A stretch of 64,000 bases of DNA from Squalus acanthias (Eukaryota). Of the stretch, positions 26,845-37,979 are shown piece after piece (position 1 is the first letter of the stretch; every line of letters begins with the position of its first letter). Under the pieces are notes generated by a model. That model saw only the letters and a program-made list of their open reading frames with translations. It was not told the origin of the DNA and searched no databases. The translations under genes and the position numbers were made by a program. The stretch lies in NCBI GenBank assembly GCA_030390025.1, contig CM059431.1, positions 120,220,001 through 120,284,000 on the forward strand. Direction: 5' to 3'.

Positions 26845-28534
26845 TGTAAGGGGGCGTGTCTCAGACGGTGCTGGTGCGAGGTTAGGCCTTCGTTGCCTAA
26901 TACTATTGCTTGCTCTGGTCTCCAGCCAGCCTTATTGCAATAAGCACCTGTGAGTGGTTCGACCCACTCGCCCTTACGGTTCTAACACTGGACTTAGGTG
27001 CAGAGAGCAGTAATGCAGAGAAAAACTCAAATAGACCCGGTTGAATAGTACGAAATGGAAATCTTTATTGCATGGCGTCTAAAATCATGAAATACATGTC
27101 ATAGGCGCAAATCAACGATAGTACAAGTATACATACATTCATAAAGCTTGGTCTGTGGAAATGGAGAACACACGGCACATCGTAGAAAGGGGAACACATT
27201 ATATCTTAACCTTATTAAAACCACCCTCCCTTAATAATACCTACACTACGTCTAGATTTGTAGGATCGGAAATCATGCTCACCACTCGTGTTACTTCGGA
27301 GATTTTTAAAGTGAGGCACTCGGCTCGTTTCGCTGCAGCGCCTGACTGTCACGTGTTTGGAAGGGTTTCTGCACCCCACTTGTTTACTTTCGCTGCTGCG
27401 AAAAGTAGGCCAGACTCCCTGTTGTCATGAAGAACTCAACGGACCTCGGACACAGTTCAAAGAAGAGTCTTCCTGTGCTCGACACAGGTTGTAGTCGGTA
27501 GAACTCAAAGAAGAGTCCTGTATTTATATTTTCGGGCGCGGTCGGGGTTTACTGACTGTGGCGGCACGTGGAATTTCTTCTCGTCTTCTTCTCGTCTTCT
27601 TCTCGTCTCGTCTCCTCGGGCCTCCGGGTCCAGACACCGTTTACCGACGCTCGGGATGGTGTACCCTGTTACTTGCCCTTGTCGGGGCGGCTCGTTCTGA
27701 TTGAGCTCCACCCAACACTCGAATAACCGACCAGTACGGCTAAGAGTCAAGAGTCAACAAAGTCCAGAGAGAAAATCAGAAGGTTGCCCGTCCAGCAGAG
27801 CGCTACCAGAGGATTAGGATAAGAGTTCAGCCCGAGTCAAGAGTCAGCAGAGATAAGAGCTTAAGAGTCCAGCAAGCGAAAGAAGAGAGCGATGGACATT
27901 TGTTCTCTATAGTTATAGTGATGTGTCCTCCTTATCTCCTGCTCAAATCTTAATGTTTGTCCTTTGTGTAATATTTGGTGCTCAAAACTCCCAGCATGGG
28001 GCGATTATCTTCTTTAACGGGTTTCGGTAGCACCTGAAACTGGCCAACTATCCGTTAATGTTTTCCCATTGTTGACCCAGCCAGGATGTGTATGAATCGT
28101 CTCCCTGACTGGTTTTGGGGCCCCCCGAATACTTGCTTAATCACCCGTCGATGTCTCTCTCATTGTATAGCCGGGGGGGTATTTGTGTATTGATGTGTCT
28201 GGATGGGCCTTCGATTGCCCAGTACAATGATCCTTACTGTGCATAGGAAAACGATTCCAGCACTTATATCTTTGCTATTGTTCCAAATGCAAACGGGTTG
28301 CATCCTGTCTTTATCAGTGTTTACCGAGTATGATCCAATCTTATACTAAATGTATATTCAACGCCATTTTGTCCGCCCACTGTGTTTCTGGAAGCTTCTG
28401 CCACGCTGCTCAGCGGCCATTTTACAGGCTTCTGTGTCCTTTATTATCAGGACAGCATTTCGTTTAATAAAACTGATCAAACGAATCTGCTTCTCTTGTG
28501 TTATTTTGAATCGCGATAATTGCGAAACTTTACA
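26845..28534 (-). mobile_element. Solo LTR (1690 bp)
   Basis: TGTAA..TTACA termini and 4-bp TSD GAAC (26841-44, 28535-38). Minus-strand TATAAA 27528-27523 and AATAAA 27069-27064. No internal coding region. Confidence 0.8.
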
Positions 28535-29891
28535 GAACTGACAGAACACCATGTGCACAGAACCAGGTGCACGTACTGAGCACGATTCACCAGTGGGATC
28601 ATCAGCTCTTTGCACTCAGTAAGTAGCAAAAGGACACCTTCCCTTACCACTAAGCATTAAGAAAAGTAGACATAGGACAAACTTTTCATCCGTCAGAGCA
28701 AAAACTGCAGATGGTGCAAAGCAATAGTAATACAAGATGCTCCTTTCAAGGTAATCTCACTTCTATTGATAGGTTTAAAAAAAACACAGGCCAGCAGCTG
28801 AAGTAATTTGCTGTACTTTTGTCTCCAGAATATTGATAAACCAACCGCAAAATTGTAGTACAGCAAGATGAGAAATGGTGACTGTATAATAGAGACCGCC
28901 AACCAAAATTAATCATTTTTAATTGAATGCGATAAAGGCATTTAGAGCTTGGATAATTTAAATTTTCCTTAATCACAATAAATTCATAAAATAAAACGTT
29001 TGTCAAAAACCAACCAATCCTTTTGTTTATGAATCAATGTTCTCACAATATTCTGCACTGCTAGCAAAAGCTGTACTTATTTCTGCATGCACGGCAAGAT
29101 TACAAAGTTGCTCGCCCAGTCACTAAGCAAGTTTGACAAGTATAACGAATTATTTTGTTTGTGGTTTGTTCCAATCTGTGGTTTTGAGTAAGTTAAAACA
29201 TCAATTTATATTTAGAACACGTGCGCTGTGCATTGTTGAGTTGTAAAAACTTATTTTGTGCTTCAGTGACATCCACACTGAACTGTGTTGTTCAGCTCTG
29301 AGAAATTGACTTTAGTATTCCTATTTTCTTGCCCCAGGCAATTTGCTATCAAGATCTCACCATACAGTGTATGCATTTCTACTCTTAGGAGGTTGTATAA
29401 TGCATGTATTTCCATATTAATTCTATGCTTTTAAGCCTGTAATATATGCATTTCATTGTGGCATTTATGCATTCAATGTCTGATTAATGTGACTGCAGAC
29501 TTTCATGTTAGCGTTGCTAATATCTACTTATAGTTATTTCAGTTATGAGCTTTGGAACTATTTCAGAAGAGGTCACAACAATATTAAGTCATTTTATTCG
29601 AAGTCTATAATTAATTAAAAAAGCTGAAAACAACACAGTTATAGATAAAGTGACAGAATCGGGCTGAAACACCTTCAAGAGATGCGACATTAAAAGACTT
29701 GTTGCCACATAGCTTGTAAGCTGTCATAATTTTAGATAAGCAGTTATGTCAGTCACAATTCAGTATAAACAATACCCGCAACAAAAATAGAAACTGTAGA
29801 TCTGTTTGCGTTACCATGATCTCAAACAAAGGCTGATGATCCCTCTCCTAAATGATTTGTCTCCTGTTGTTTGATGCAGCATAGACATAAT

Positions 29892-32800
29892 GGCTGGAAT
29901 TTTTACATTGCAGGGAGTGTGGGTTCGCGAGCGGGTCAGCAGTTAAAAGCACTGAAACTGACAGCGCGTCGGGTACCCACGTTCATCCCACCGACTTCCG
30001 CAATTAACTCGGGCGCGTTTCCCAGTGTGCACAGACTCACTCGAGAGAGGCAGGCAACCTCATTGAAGTAGTTAACGGCTCGTTGCGAGACCCTTAATGT
30101 GAGCTTTCAGCTTTTACTGCTTGTGCATGAGATTCACGGAATTCCTGATGTTCGTCTGTGAAGGCAAGGCGAGAGCTCAGTGGCCATTGTGCGAGTTCAT
30201 TAAGTGACAGCTGGAAAAAGCACATTAATACACACACCTTAAACCTGCTTCCTTGCCTAAGGGAAAGGCTCTTGCCGACACCATTTTGTGCAGAGATTTT
30301 GCTTTCAGGAGTTTGCAGGTGATTTCTGCAGCCTCGGAAGCCACTCTCACTACATTGGAAGTCACTTTCACTACATTAGAGGATTGTGTCTCTGATCTCC
30401 ACTTTACCTGGCATCTATCAGATCAGCATGGGTGCTGCTTATGCTGTTTCACCTTGGACCTCAGATTCTGACCAAGATGAGCCCCAGCACCATCTACACC
30501 AGTAACACCAGCAGCAGCAGCAACAACACCAGCAGCCTTCTCCTCAACCACCTGATGCTCCACAGGAGAGAGGGGAATCAGCACAGGGGTGCACCTCACC
30601 GGCGCGATACCCCCAACACCGGGTATACAGGCAGAGGCTGAGCTTCCTGGATGTAACTGAACAACAGTGTTTCAGGAGGCTCAGGCTATCACGCCAGGTC
30701 ATGGCAGACATTTGTAGCTTGCTGGAAGAAGACCTGCTGCCCAGAGGACCTGGTGGACATGCCTTAAAGTGGTGCTTAATTTCAGCAATGCCCTCAACTT
30801 CTTCACCTCAGGCTCCTTCCAGGGATATTCAGCAGACCTTTGCAAGATCTCGCAGTCGGCTGTCCACAAACGCATCACCAGGTGACCAATGCCATGTTTC
30901 ACTAGTCAGGCACTTATGTGCACTTTGCCACTGATGAAGCCAGTGTTACTGAGCGAGCGCTCGGCTTTACGGCTCTGGCTGGCTTCCCACAGGTGCAGGG
31001 CGTCATCGACTGCACACATGTGGCCATCAAGGCATCACCACATCATCCAGGAGTGGTTGTAACCCCGGAAGGGCTTCCACTCCCTCAATGTGCAGCTCAT
31101 CTGCAACCTCAAAATGATCATCATATATGTGTGTGTCAGATTCCATGGGAGCTGTCATGACTCTTTTGTCCTGTGCCAGTCTATCCTCCCTCAGCTCTTC
31201 GCACCTACAAACAGACAAGGACTATCCACTGAAGAAATGGATGATGACACCCTTGAGGAGGCCAAGCAATGAGGCTGAGGAGCGCTACAATGAAAGCCAC
31301 ATGATGACCAGATGTTTAGCAATTGGCATGCTGAAGATGTGCTTCAGATGCCTTTACAGATCTGGAGGAGCCATTCAGTACGCAGCAGCCAGGGTCTCCA
31401 GAAGGATCGTCGTATGCTGTGCACTGCACAACAGAGCACAGCAGTGAGGATTGGAGCTGCAGGAGGAGCAAGGCACAGAGCGCACAGCCTCTTTGGAGAA
31501 GGAGGAGGAGCAGGTGGAACACGAGGTGGAACATGAGGAGGAGGAGGAGCATGAGATGGACATGGCTCCAGCAGCGGCACACATTGCTGCCCAGGAGGCC
31601 CGGGATGGCCTCATAATGGCACGATTTAATTAAGTTGCACCAGTGCATCCACCTGGCTCCCAGATGCTGTACCAACTTCCCCACCCCCCACCAACACCAC
31701 AAAACAGTCCTAAAATTACCAAACCATTCCTGTCACACACACACCCATTGCTCGAGGTTAAGTAATGTCTCACCATTCACTCCAAGTGACAAGGCCACTT
31801 CCCAGATAGCAGGCAAAAATGGACCAGACGGGAAGGTGATGCAAAGAAATAAATTTATGTGCATCATAAATAGAACTGAAACTTAACACTAACATGTTGG
31901 CAAACATTCATGTGCATACCCTTGTGCATCTGCAATTGTGTCATTTTTCTTCAAGGTGCACCCCCATGTGGCTTCAGTAAAGGTAGAGGCAGGCTTCACA
32001 CTCCCCTGCTCAGACTGCTTAGACACTTTTGGCGGACATCCTCTGGGTTTTGGAGCCTGTGAGGGCCCCGCCAAAGTGCTTTGAGAGCAGCCCCCACTTC
32101 CATGTGCCCTCTCACCATCATTCCTCTCATGGGCCACCCGCACTTTCCTGCTAGCAAGGAGCTGGAGAGCACCTTACAGCACATCAGTGGGGTGATGAAC
32201 GGCCAAGTCTACATTGGTATCCCTTCTAGAGATGAGTTCAATCAGAGTCTGCAAGCTGTTGTTCAGAGCAAGCATGTTCGATTGACTGATGCATTAGCTG
32301 CTCCATGCAGGTGGCCACCCATTACATGGAAGAGCACATCAACGCCATTGCCAGTGATATGGTGCTGCTCACGTTGAAGGTGGACTCCTCCATTCTCTCT
32401 ACAATCGTGCACATCATGGCTGGAAAAGCTGCCAGAGCCTCGCGCATTTGTTGCTACACCTCCAAGGTCAACCTCTTTGTCGACAGCCCCCGAGGTTCAG
32501 CATCTGCATCCAGCTGAACAGAGCTTGGAGTGTTCTGCGCCCTCCGGTGAGGAGTCTCCACTGCTGTCCCTGTCTCCACTAACTGCTCTTGCTCACTTTT
32601 GATGTGTGAGACCCCCAGGTGACAAAACTACTCTCTCGCACAGGACCCACCGACATGAGCATATCTGCACTGATGCTCGGTGCGCTTGGGTCTGCTGACG
32701 GTGCACCCTCAGAGAATGGAGCTTCCTCTGAGGAGCCGTCTTCCTCCTCTGGCTGGACAGCGGCGGGGGTGGGCACTTGATGGGCCTGTAGGAGAGTAAA

Positions 32801-32950
32801 GGGATGATGCAGTGGAGTGGTACACAGGGCAACTCTCCTTGGAACCACCTCATGCAGCATCTCCACTTCGGGATCCATCAAACATGGGGTTACGTGCTGG
32901 GCTGCTCCATCAGACTCATGCCTCCAACTTGGATTTCTTTTCCCTTGATC
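29892..32950. mobile_element. Harbinger transposon related to 3357-8048, opposite orientation, one end lost
   Basis: Left TIR ggctggaatttt. Transposase (+) and Myb-gene 3' exon (-, ~31900-32790) are homologous to the first element. No right TIR seen. Confidence 0.85.
30428..31633 (+). pseudogene. Harbinger DDE transposase, frameshifted
   Basis: [47 protein letters not shown]. Confidence 0.88.
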
Positions 32951-33089
32951 TCTGCCCGTCAATTCTTCGTTGGGATGGGCAATAAATGCTGGCCTTGCCA
33001 GTGACGCCCACGTCCCAGGTTCGAATAAAAAAAGGTCACCATTGCAGCAAGGGAATTTCAGACCATAGTTGATTGCCACTGTCACAACA

Positions 33090-33655
33090 ACCACAACAAC
33101 AACTTGTATTTATATAGCACCTTTAACATAGTAAAATGTCCCAAGGCGCTGCACAGGAGTATTTTAAGACAAAAAAATTGATACCGATCCACATAATGAT
33201 AAATTAAGGCAGATGACCAAAAGCTTGGTCAAAGAGGTAGGTTTTAAGGAGCGTCTTAAAGGAGGAAAGAGAGGTAGCGAGGTGGACAGGTTTAGGCAGG
33301 GAATTCCAGAGCTTAGGGCCTAGGCAACAGAAGGCACGGCTACCAATGGTTGAGCGATTATAATCAGGATGCTCAAGAGGGCAGAATTAGAGGAGCGCAG
33401 ATATATCGGGGGGGGTTGTCGGGCTGAAGGAGATTACAGAGATAGGAAGGGGCGAGGCCATGGAGGGATTTGAAAACAAGGATGAGAATTTTGAAATCGA
33501 GGTGCTGCTTAACCGGGAGTCAATGTAGGTCAGTGAGCACAGGGGTGATGGGCGAACGGGACTTGGTGCGAGTTAGGACAAGGGCAGCCGAGTTTTGGAT
33601 GACCTCAAGTTTACGTAGGGTGGAATGTGGGAGGCCAGCCAGGAGTGCGTTGGAA
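33090..33655 (-). mobile_element. L2 LINE 3' fragment
   Basis: SNALLAGLPHSTLRKLEVIQNSAALVLTRTKSRSPITPVLTDLH, with tail gctatataaatacaagttgttgttg. Confidence 0.85.
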
Positions 33656-34480
33656 TCTGGATGTGTCAGCTGTATGCTGCAGGGTAACTGCAAGTGTCCT
33701 TGTGCAGATGGTATAGCTCTGCATCTGCCTCTTTGATGATCTTGTAAGATTCTAAAAAACCATAATAAAAGTGCTGCTACCGTGTGGAGATCGAAATTGC
33801 AAATGAATTGTGAAATGGTAACGGACGGACTCAAAATGAAGGAAGTCAGCATGTGTTCCTTTGTCTGTGAGGACACAAAATGGAGGAAGTCAGCAGGAGG
33901 TCTTTGCCTGTAAGGACTCAAAATGGAGATGCTCAGCATATGGTCCTTTGTTTGTAAGACCACATGGACAGGAAGGAGAAACACCAGATGAAGAGGAAGA
34001 CCCACCCCCACACACATCACAGGACCATGAACGTGTCATGCAGAACGAACTCCAATCAGGGAAGGTTGGGTTTGAAACTGACCTATCAGAGGGAGGTAGC
34101 TGGAGATATATGAGGGGGGCTGGCAGAAAGGTACTATAAAGGGATGACCCAGAAGTGGGAAATTCAGAAGAAGAAGACAACAAGAGGCAAAGAGGGCTGT
34201 TTGAAATGGCAGTCGATGTTTTCAGCCTACTACTTTTTCCGGACTGATCACCCTGGGATAAAAGTATGTATGAAAGTCGGACATAGAGCACAGATATTGC
34301 GAAAGGATACTTTTATGTACGGTTGACTTGGGATATGAATTGACAAGAATTAGTATATAAGTTGCTGGGAAGTACTTTTATGTATGGAACTGTGAGCATA
34401 TGGAGTGCCAAGGATTCGCCTAAATTGCAAGGATACTTTTATGTCCGTTTAGCTCATCTAAGTAGCGTATGAGTTGCTGG

Positions 34481-35928
34481 TGTAATGGAATAAGCCATAT
34501 TCCAAGAAATACATCATCCTATGAACAGATTTTGATATTATTAATATAAGACATGCTGAGTTTAAAAGTCTGGAAAGCCTCGGCGACACAGGCTGCAAAC
34601 ACAATACAGGCTTCTGAGATAAGATGAAGTGTTAACAAAAGCTGTAAAACACCATAGGCTTTGAAATGGGAGATGGTTGTAAGCACAAAAACAATGCCCC
34701 TATTGAAGCAAACCATTGGCGCTTCCAGAAGGTCTGGAGTTTGGGAGAAACACAATGGAATGACCCAAGTAAAGTGTTAAAATCTAACACTTCGAACAAG
34801 AAACACAGAATATTAAAGCAACCATATGCCTTCATAAAGTAACATCAAATAAGACAGGAAGCACAATTAAATATGCAACCAATTTAAATAGCTAAGAAAA
34901 CAAGAAAACACCACAGATGAAGCGTTTTTAATTTACAAGTTGTAAAATATACCTACAGAGAGGCTTTGAAGATATATATCAATAGATGACACCAAGCAAT
35001 TACATTATGTTTGTATTGAACTTGGAACACCACGGAGTCACGATGTCTGGCTTACAAGCAGTTAAGTGATATTAAGAGTTCAATAGAAAGATTTCCTAGG
35101 AATGGCATCAAATAGATAAATCGATAATAACCATAAAAATGATAAGTTTTTGAAACACCTAAAGGTTGAGACAGAATTCTAAAAGTTGGCAGCTGAAATA
35201 ACAGTAAGAATAGAAAAGAATTCAATAAAGAATCACCAGAGATAATTAGCTTACATCAGCAGGAAACTTCAAAGAAAATACCACTAAAAAAAGGTATAAA
35301 AATTGAGCTTTTCAGATAGAGAGTCAGAAGTCGCTGGAAGGGCAAGCGTTTCTCAACTTCACAGGCACTCTCTGTAAGTTTTTAACTCTGAGTCTCGGGT
35401 AATCAAGGTATTTGATTTTGGTGGATATTCTGGATTAAGAAACAAGTAGAAGTGTGGAAATGTAACAAAGTTAAGATTTGAGAATAAGGATCTCTGATAA
35501 GAAATGTAAGCTATTTGTATTTTGAATGGTTAAAGTTGCGATTGCCATACCAGCTGTTAACTAGATGTTGGTTCTTTAATAAATTTATATATTTTTAAAA
35601 TTGTCTCAAAGAGTATTTCTGTATCAATCTTGCAAACTCAATTTCTGTACACTCTTCAGTGAGGAGTTGCAGAATTCTTGGGGGTTTTCCGGACCCTCAT
35701 AATATTCGGAAGGTTACAGTCTAGTTAAACTTGTTAAAAGTGCTATCCGGAGGACGGTAACATCTTCAGGCCATTTCTTTCCTTTAGGGAGAGGTAGTCT
35801 GACCTTTAGACACAATTAAGCATCTCCAGGATTCGGCTACCGCTAACTTTAGTTAAAGGTGAACGTCTGGGGAATACGCCTGATCTGGGGTAGCCCGAAA
35901 AAGGCTAGGACATGTAATTATCCCTTCA
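34481..35928 (+). repeat. 5' LTR (1448 bp)
   Basis: TG..CA, direct repeat of 39828-41262. TATAAAA 35295, AATAAA 35578. Confidence 0.95.
35295..35379 (+). promoter_or_regulatory. LTR TATA box and putative major splice donor in R
   Basis: TATAAAA at 35295-35301 and GTAAGT at 35374-35379. Both are conserved in the 3' LTR. Confidence 0.6.
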
Positions 35929-35930
35929 GT

Positions 35931-35948
35931 TGACGCCCAACGTGTGTG
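35931..35948 (+). promoter_or_regulatory. Primer binding site, tRNA-Lys1,2-like
   Basis: TGACGCCCAACGTGTGTG versus TGGCGCCCAACGTGGGGC (14/18; 13 of first 14), 2 nt after the LTR CA. Confidence 0.85.
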
Positions 35949-36223
35949 TTGATGAGTTGATACAGAACCTATACTTATAGTTATATCTATATCCATCATG
36001 TAGATTGTAAAGTATAGAAGGAGTGTTTACCGACAATGGTACTAAGACCCAGATTTAAGTTTCTAGAGACGACAAGTCCCTGATCAGGCCTTGTAGAACT
36101 TAAATCAGAACTCCCTCAACATACCATTGAGGTCTAGAAATTTCTTATAAAGTTCAGATTAAAACCTAACCGAGGTTCGGTCCTGACGAAATTAAACCCT
36201 AACCGAGGTTAGGTCCTGAAGAA

Positions 36224-36808
36224 ATGGCAAACCCTGTCGGAATTGGCCAAGTCTTTTTAATAGAAAATTTAAACGATTGCTTTATTCAGGGAAATAATCC
36301 TATCCCTGTACCTCCACAAAACCAAGGGATAATTTTTGAAATAGAAGGCTTTGATGCCGAAGAAGCCGTTAGAACTCATGGCATGATTAATGTTGATCCC
36401 CAGAACCAGGGGATACCGAATATCCAGTGGGATACTCAAACAAATACTCCAGATCCAATAAATTCCTTAATGATAAGGTGCACACCTGCACAATTGGGAG
36501 GCCTAATGAATGGTGCCCAACAATGTGGTGGCAACCATGGCCGAATAGCAGGACCCGGAGCAGCCTATGCTCCTGGGGGCCATGGATTCTGGTTAAGGTG
36601 GCAAACTCCTGAAGAAATAAATGTCAAGAATCTTCGAGAAAACTATAGACAGCTTAGAATCCATTATAATAAACGGACCGACAAAACCCCTCAGGGATCT
36701 GGAAAACATGAAACCCCCAAGAGGGAGGAACATAAATCAGTTAAAATAATTAAAGACAAAGAAGCAAATAAAAATCAGGATTCTGAGGATGAACAATCCC
36801 AGGATTGA
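36224..36808 (+). CDS. gag: Truncated foamy-like Gag (N-terminal domain joined to a basic/acidic tail), 194 aa open ORF
   Basis: Gag position after the PBS/leader with a real ATG. DPINSLMIRCTPAQLGGLMN..GPGAAYAPG resembles PFV Gag NPHTMFMISGPLAELQLAFQ..GPLANGHYVQG. Too short to include capsid. Confidence 0.7.
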   Translation: MANPVGIGQVFLIENLNDCFIQGNNPIPVPPQNQGIIFEIEGFDAEEAVRTHGMINVDPQNQGIPNIQWDTQTNTPDPINSLMIRCTPAQLGGLMNGAQQCGGNHGRIAGPGAAYAPGGHGFWLRWQTPEEINVKNLRENYRQLRIHYNKRTDKTPQGSGKHETPKREEHKSVKIIKDKEANKNQDSEDEQSQD

Positions 36809-36817
36809 AGGCCTGGC

Positions 36818-37296
36818 ATGCAGCCAGGGCCTCTTAAATTCCCCTATGCCTTGGCAACCTTGCCCACAAACACACAAGTGAAAGCTCAATTTGTAAAAGA
36901 CCATTAGGGGGATTTACACAAGACAAAACCAAGATAATTAATTTTTACAAAATACCTATTACTATATATGGAATCACAGTGACCCTAGATGTAGGACTGG
37001 TACCACAATTGGCTTATTTCCTCCTTATAGGACAAATAAACATGAAACATTACCTTAAAATATCAACCAGACCAGTACAAGCATCCACATGGATGACAGG
37101 GAAAAACATGTTCGAACACAGCTTGATTGAACTTGCCTAGAGCGGGGAGGCAAAGACCTCCTTGAGCAATTCATTAATAAATACTATCCTTATCTACTAT
37201 GCCATCCAAATCAATGTGGAAAGATAGAGCATCTCCCCATCATGGAGGATGATGATACGGAGGAGGGAATCAGATAAATACCTATGAGACCGCTTA
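36818..37296 (+). pseudogene. pol: Pol protease remnant and start of RT; RT core deleted
   Basis: Manual translation gives MQPGPLKFPYALATLPTNTQVKAQ, YKIPITIYGITVTLDVGLVPQLAYFLLIGQINM (retropepsin C-half) and LLEQFINKYYPYLLCHPNQCGKI (cf. PFV LFVKYDNLWQHWENQVGHR). No DSG/DTG or YxDD seen. Confidence 0.7.
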
Positions 37297-37302
37297 TAGA
37301 AT

Positions 37303-37576
37303 GTGTGGGTTAGGTTGATTTGGCTATGATAAATTGACCCTTAGTGTTAGGGGGGATTAAATATGTGGGGTTATGGGGATAGGATGGGATATGTTAGGGG
37401 GAATTAAATACGTGGGGTTACGGGGGTAGGGTGGGATATGTGTACTGTGGGGATTAAAGCAGGGACAGGGTACTGGATTTGGATGATCAGCCATGATCGT
37501 ATTGAATGGCGGAGCAGGCTCGACGGGCCGAATGGCCTACTCCTGCTCCTAGATTCTATGTTTCTATGTTTCTATG
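37303..37576 (+). mobile_element. 5'-truncated HE1-like SINE inserted in pol
   Basis: Matches 22893-22985 (ggttaggttgatttggctatgataaattgacccttagtgttagggg) plus HER1-type tail (tttctatg)n. TAGAAT flanks both ends. Confidence 0.8.
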
Positions 37577-37578
37577 TA

Positions 37579-37929
37579 GAATACCATCAAGTTATTTACT
37601 GTGATGGAACGTCAATGACGATGAAAAAAGAGACATCCCAACAATCCTCAGCTGGGATAGGGATAGTAGTAGGGACTTTTCGTGATTCCTAATCTTTTTA
37701 TACAGAAGAATTTCTGTCTATACTCCTTGGCCATAAGACAGCGCAATATGCTGAAGCCGCAGCATTACGGTATGCTTTAGAGAAAGCAGACTTTATTAAA
37801 CCCACATTGTGGGAAGAAATTCTTCGTTCGAGGATGGAGAAACAGAATTGTCAGGTGATTCATGTAAACGGGCATACGACTGGAATAGTACACTCAAGAG
37901 GAACAAGCCTTGCTGATGAACAAGCAAAA
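37579..37929 (+). pseudogene. pol: Pol RNase H remnant (foamy-like)
   Basis: VIYCDGTS..SAGIGIVV..*..LLGHKTAQYAEAAALRYALEKA..IHVNGH..HSRGTSLADEQAK versus PFV FYTDGSA..NAGMGIV..PLGNHTAQMAEIAAVEFACKKA..QHEKGH..HTEGNALADKLAT. The central DS segment is missing. Confidence 0.85.
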
Positions 37930-37979
37930 TGTTCAGTCTGCATGATACCCCCTCGAGAGCAGGCCTGCCAATGTTAGTG

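Noticed and set aside
33520..34291. 166-aa and 133-aa minus-strand ORFs
   Set aside because: They are chimeric read-throughs of solo-LTR repeats and L2 sequence.
34519..34755. 78-aa antisense ORF present in both LTRs (also 39866-40102)
   Set aside because: Its duplication follows from LTR identity. It has a non-ATG start and no recognisable motif.
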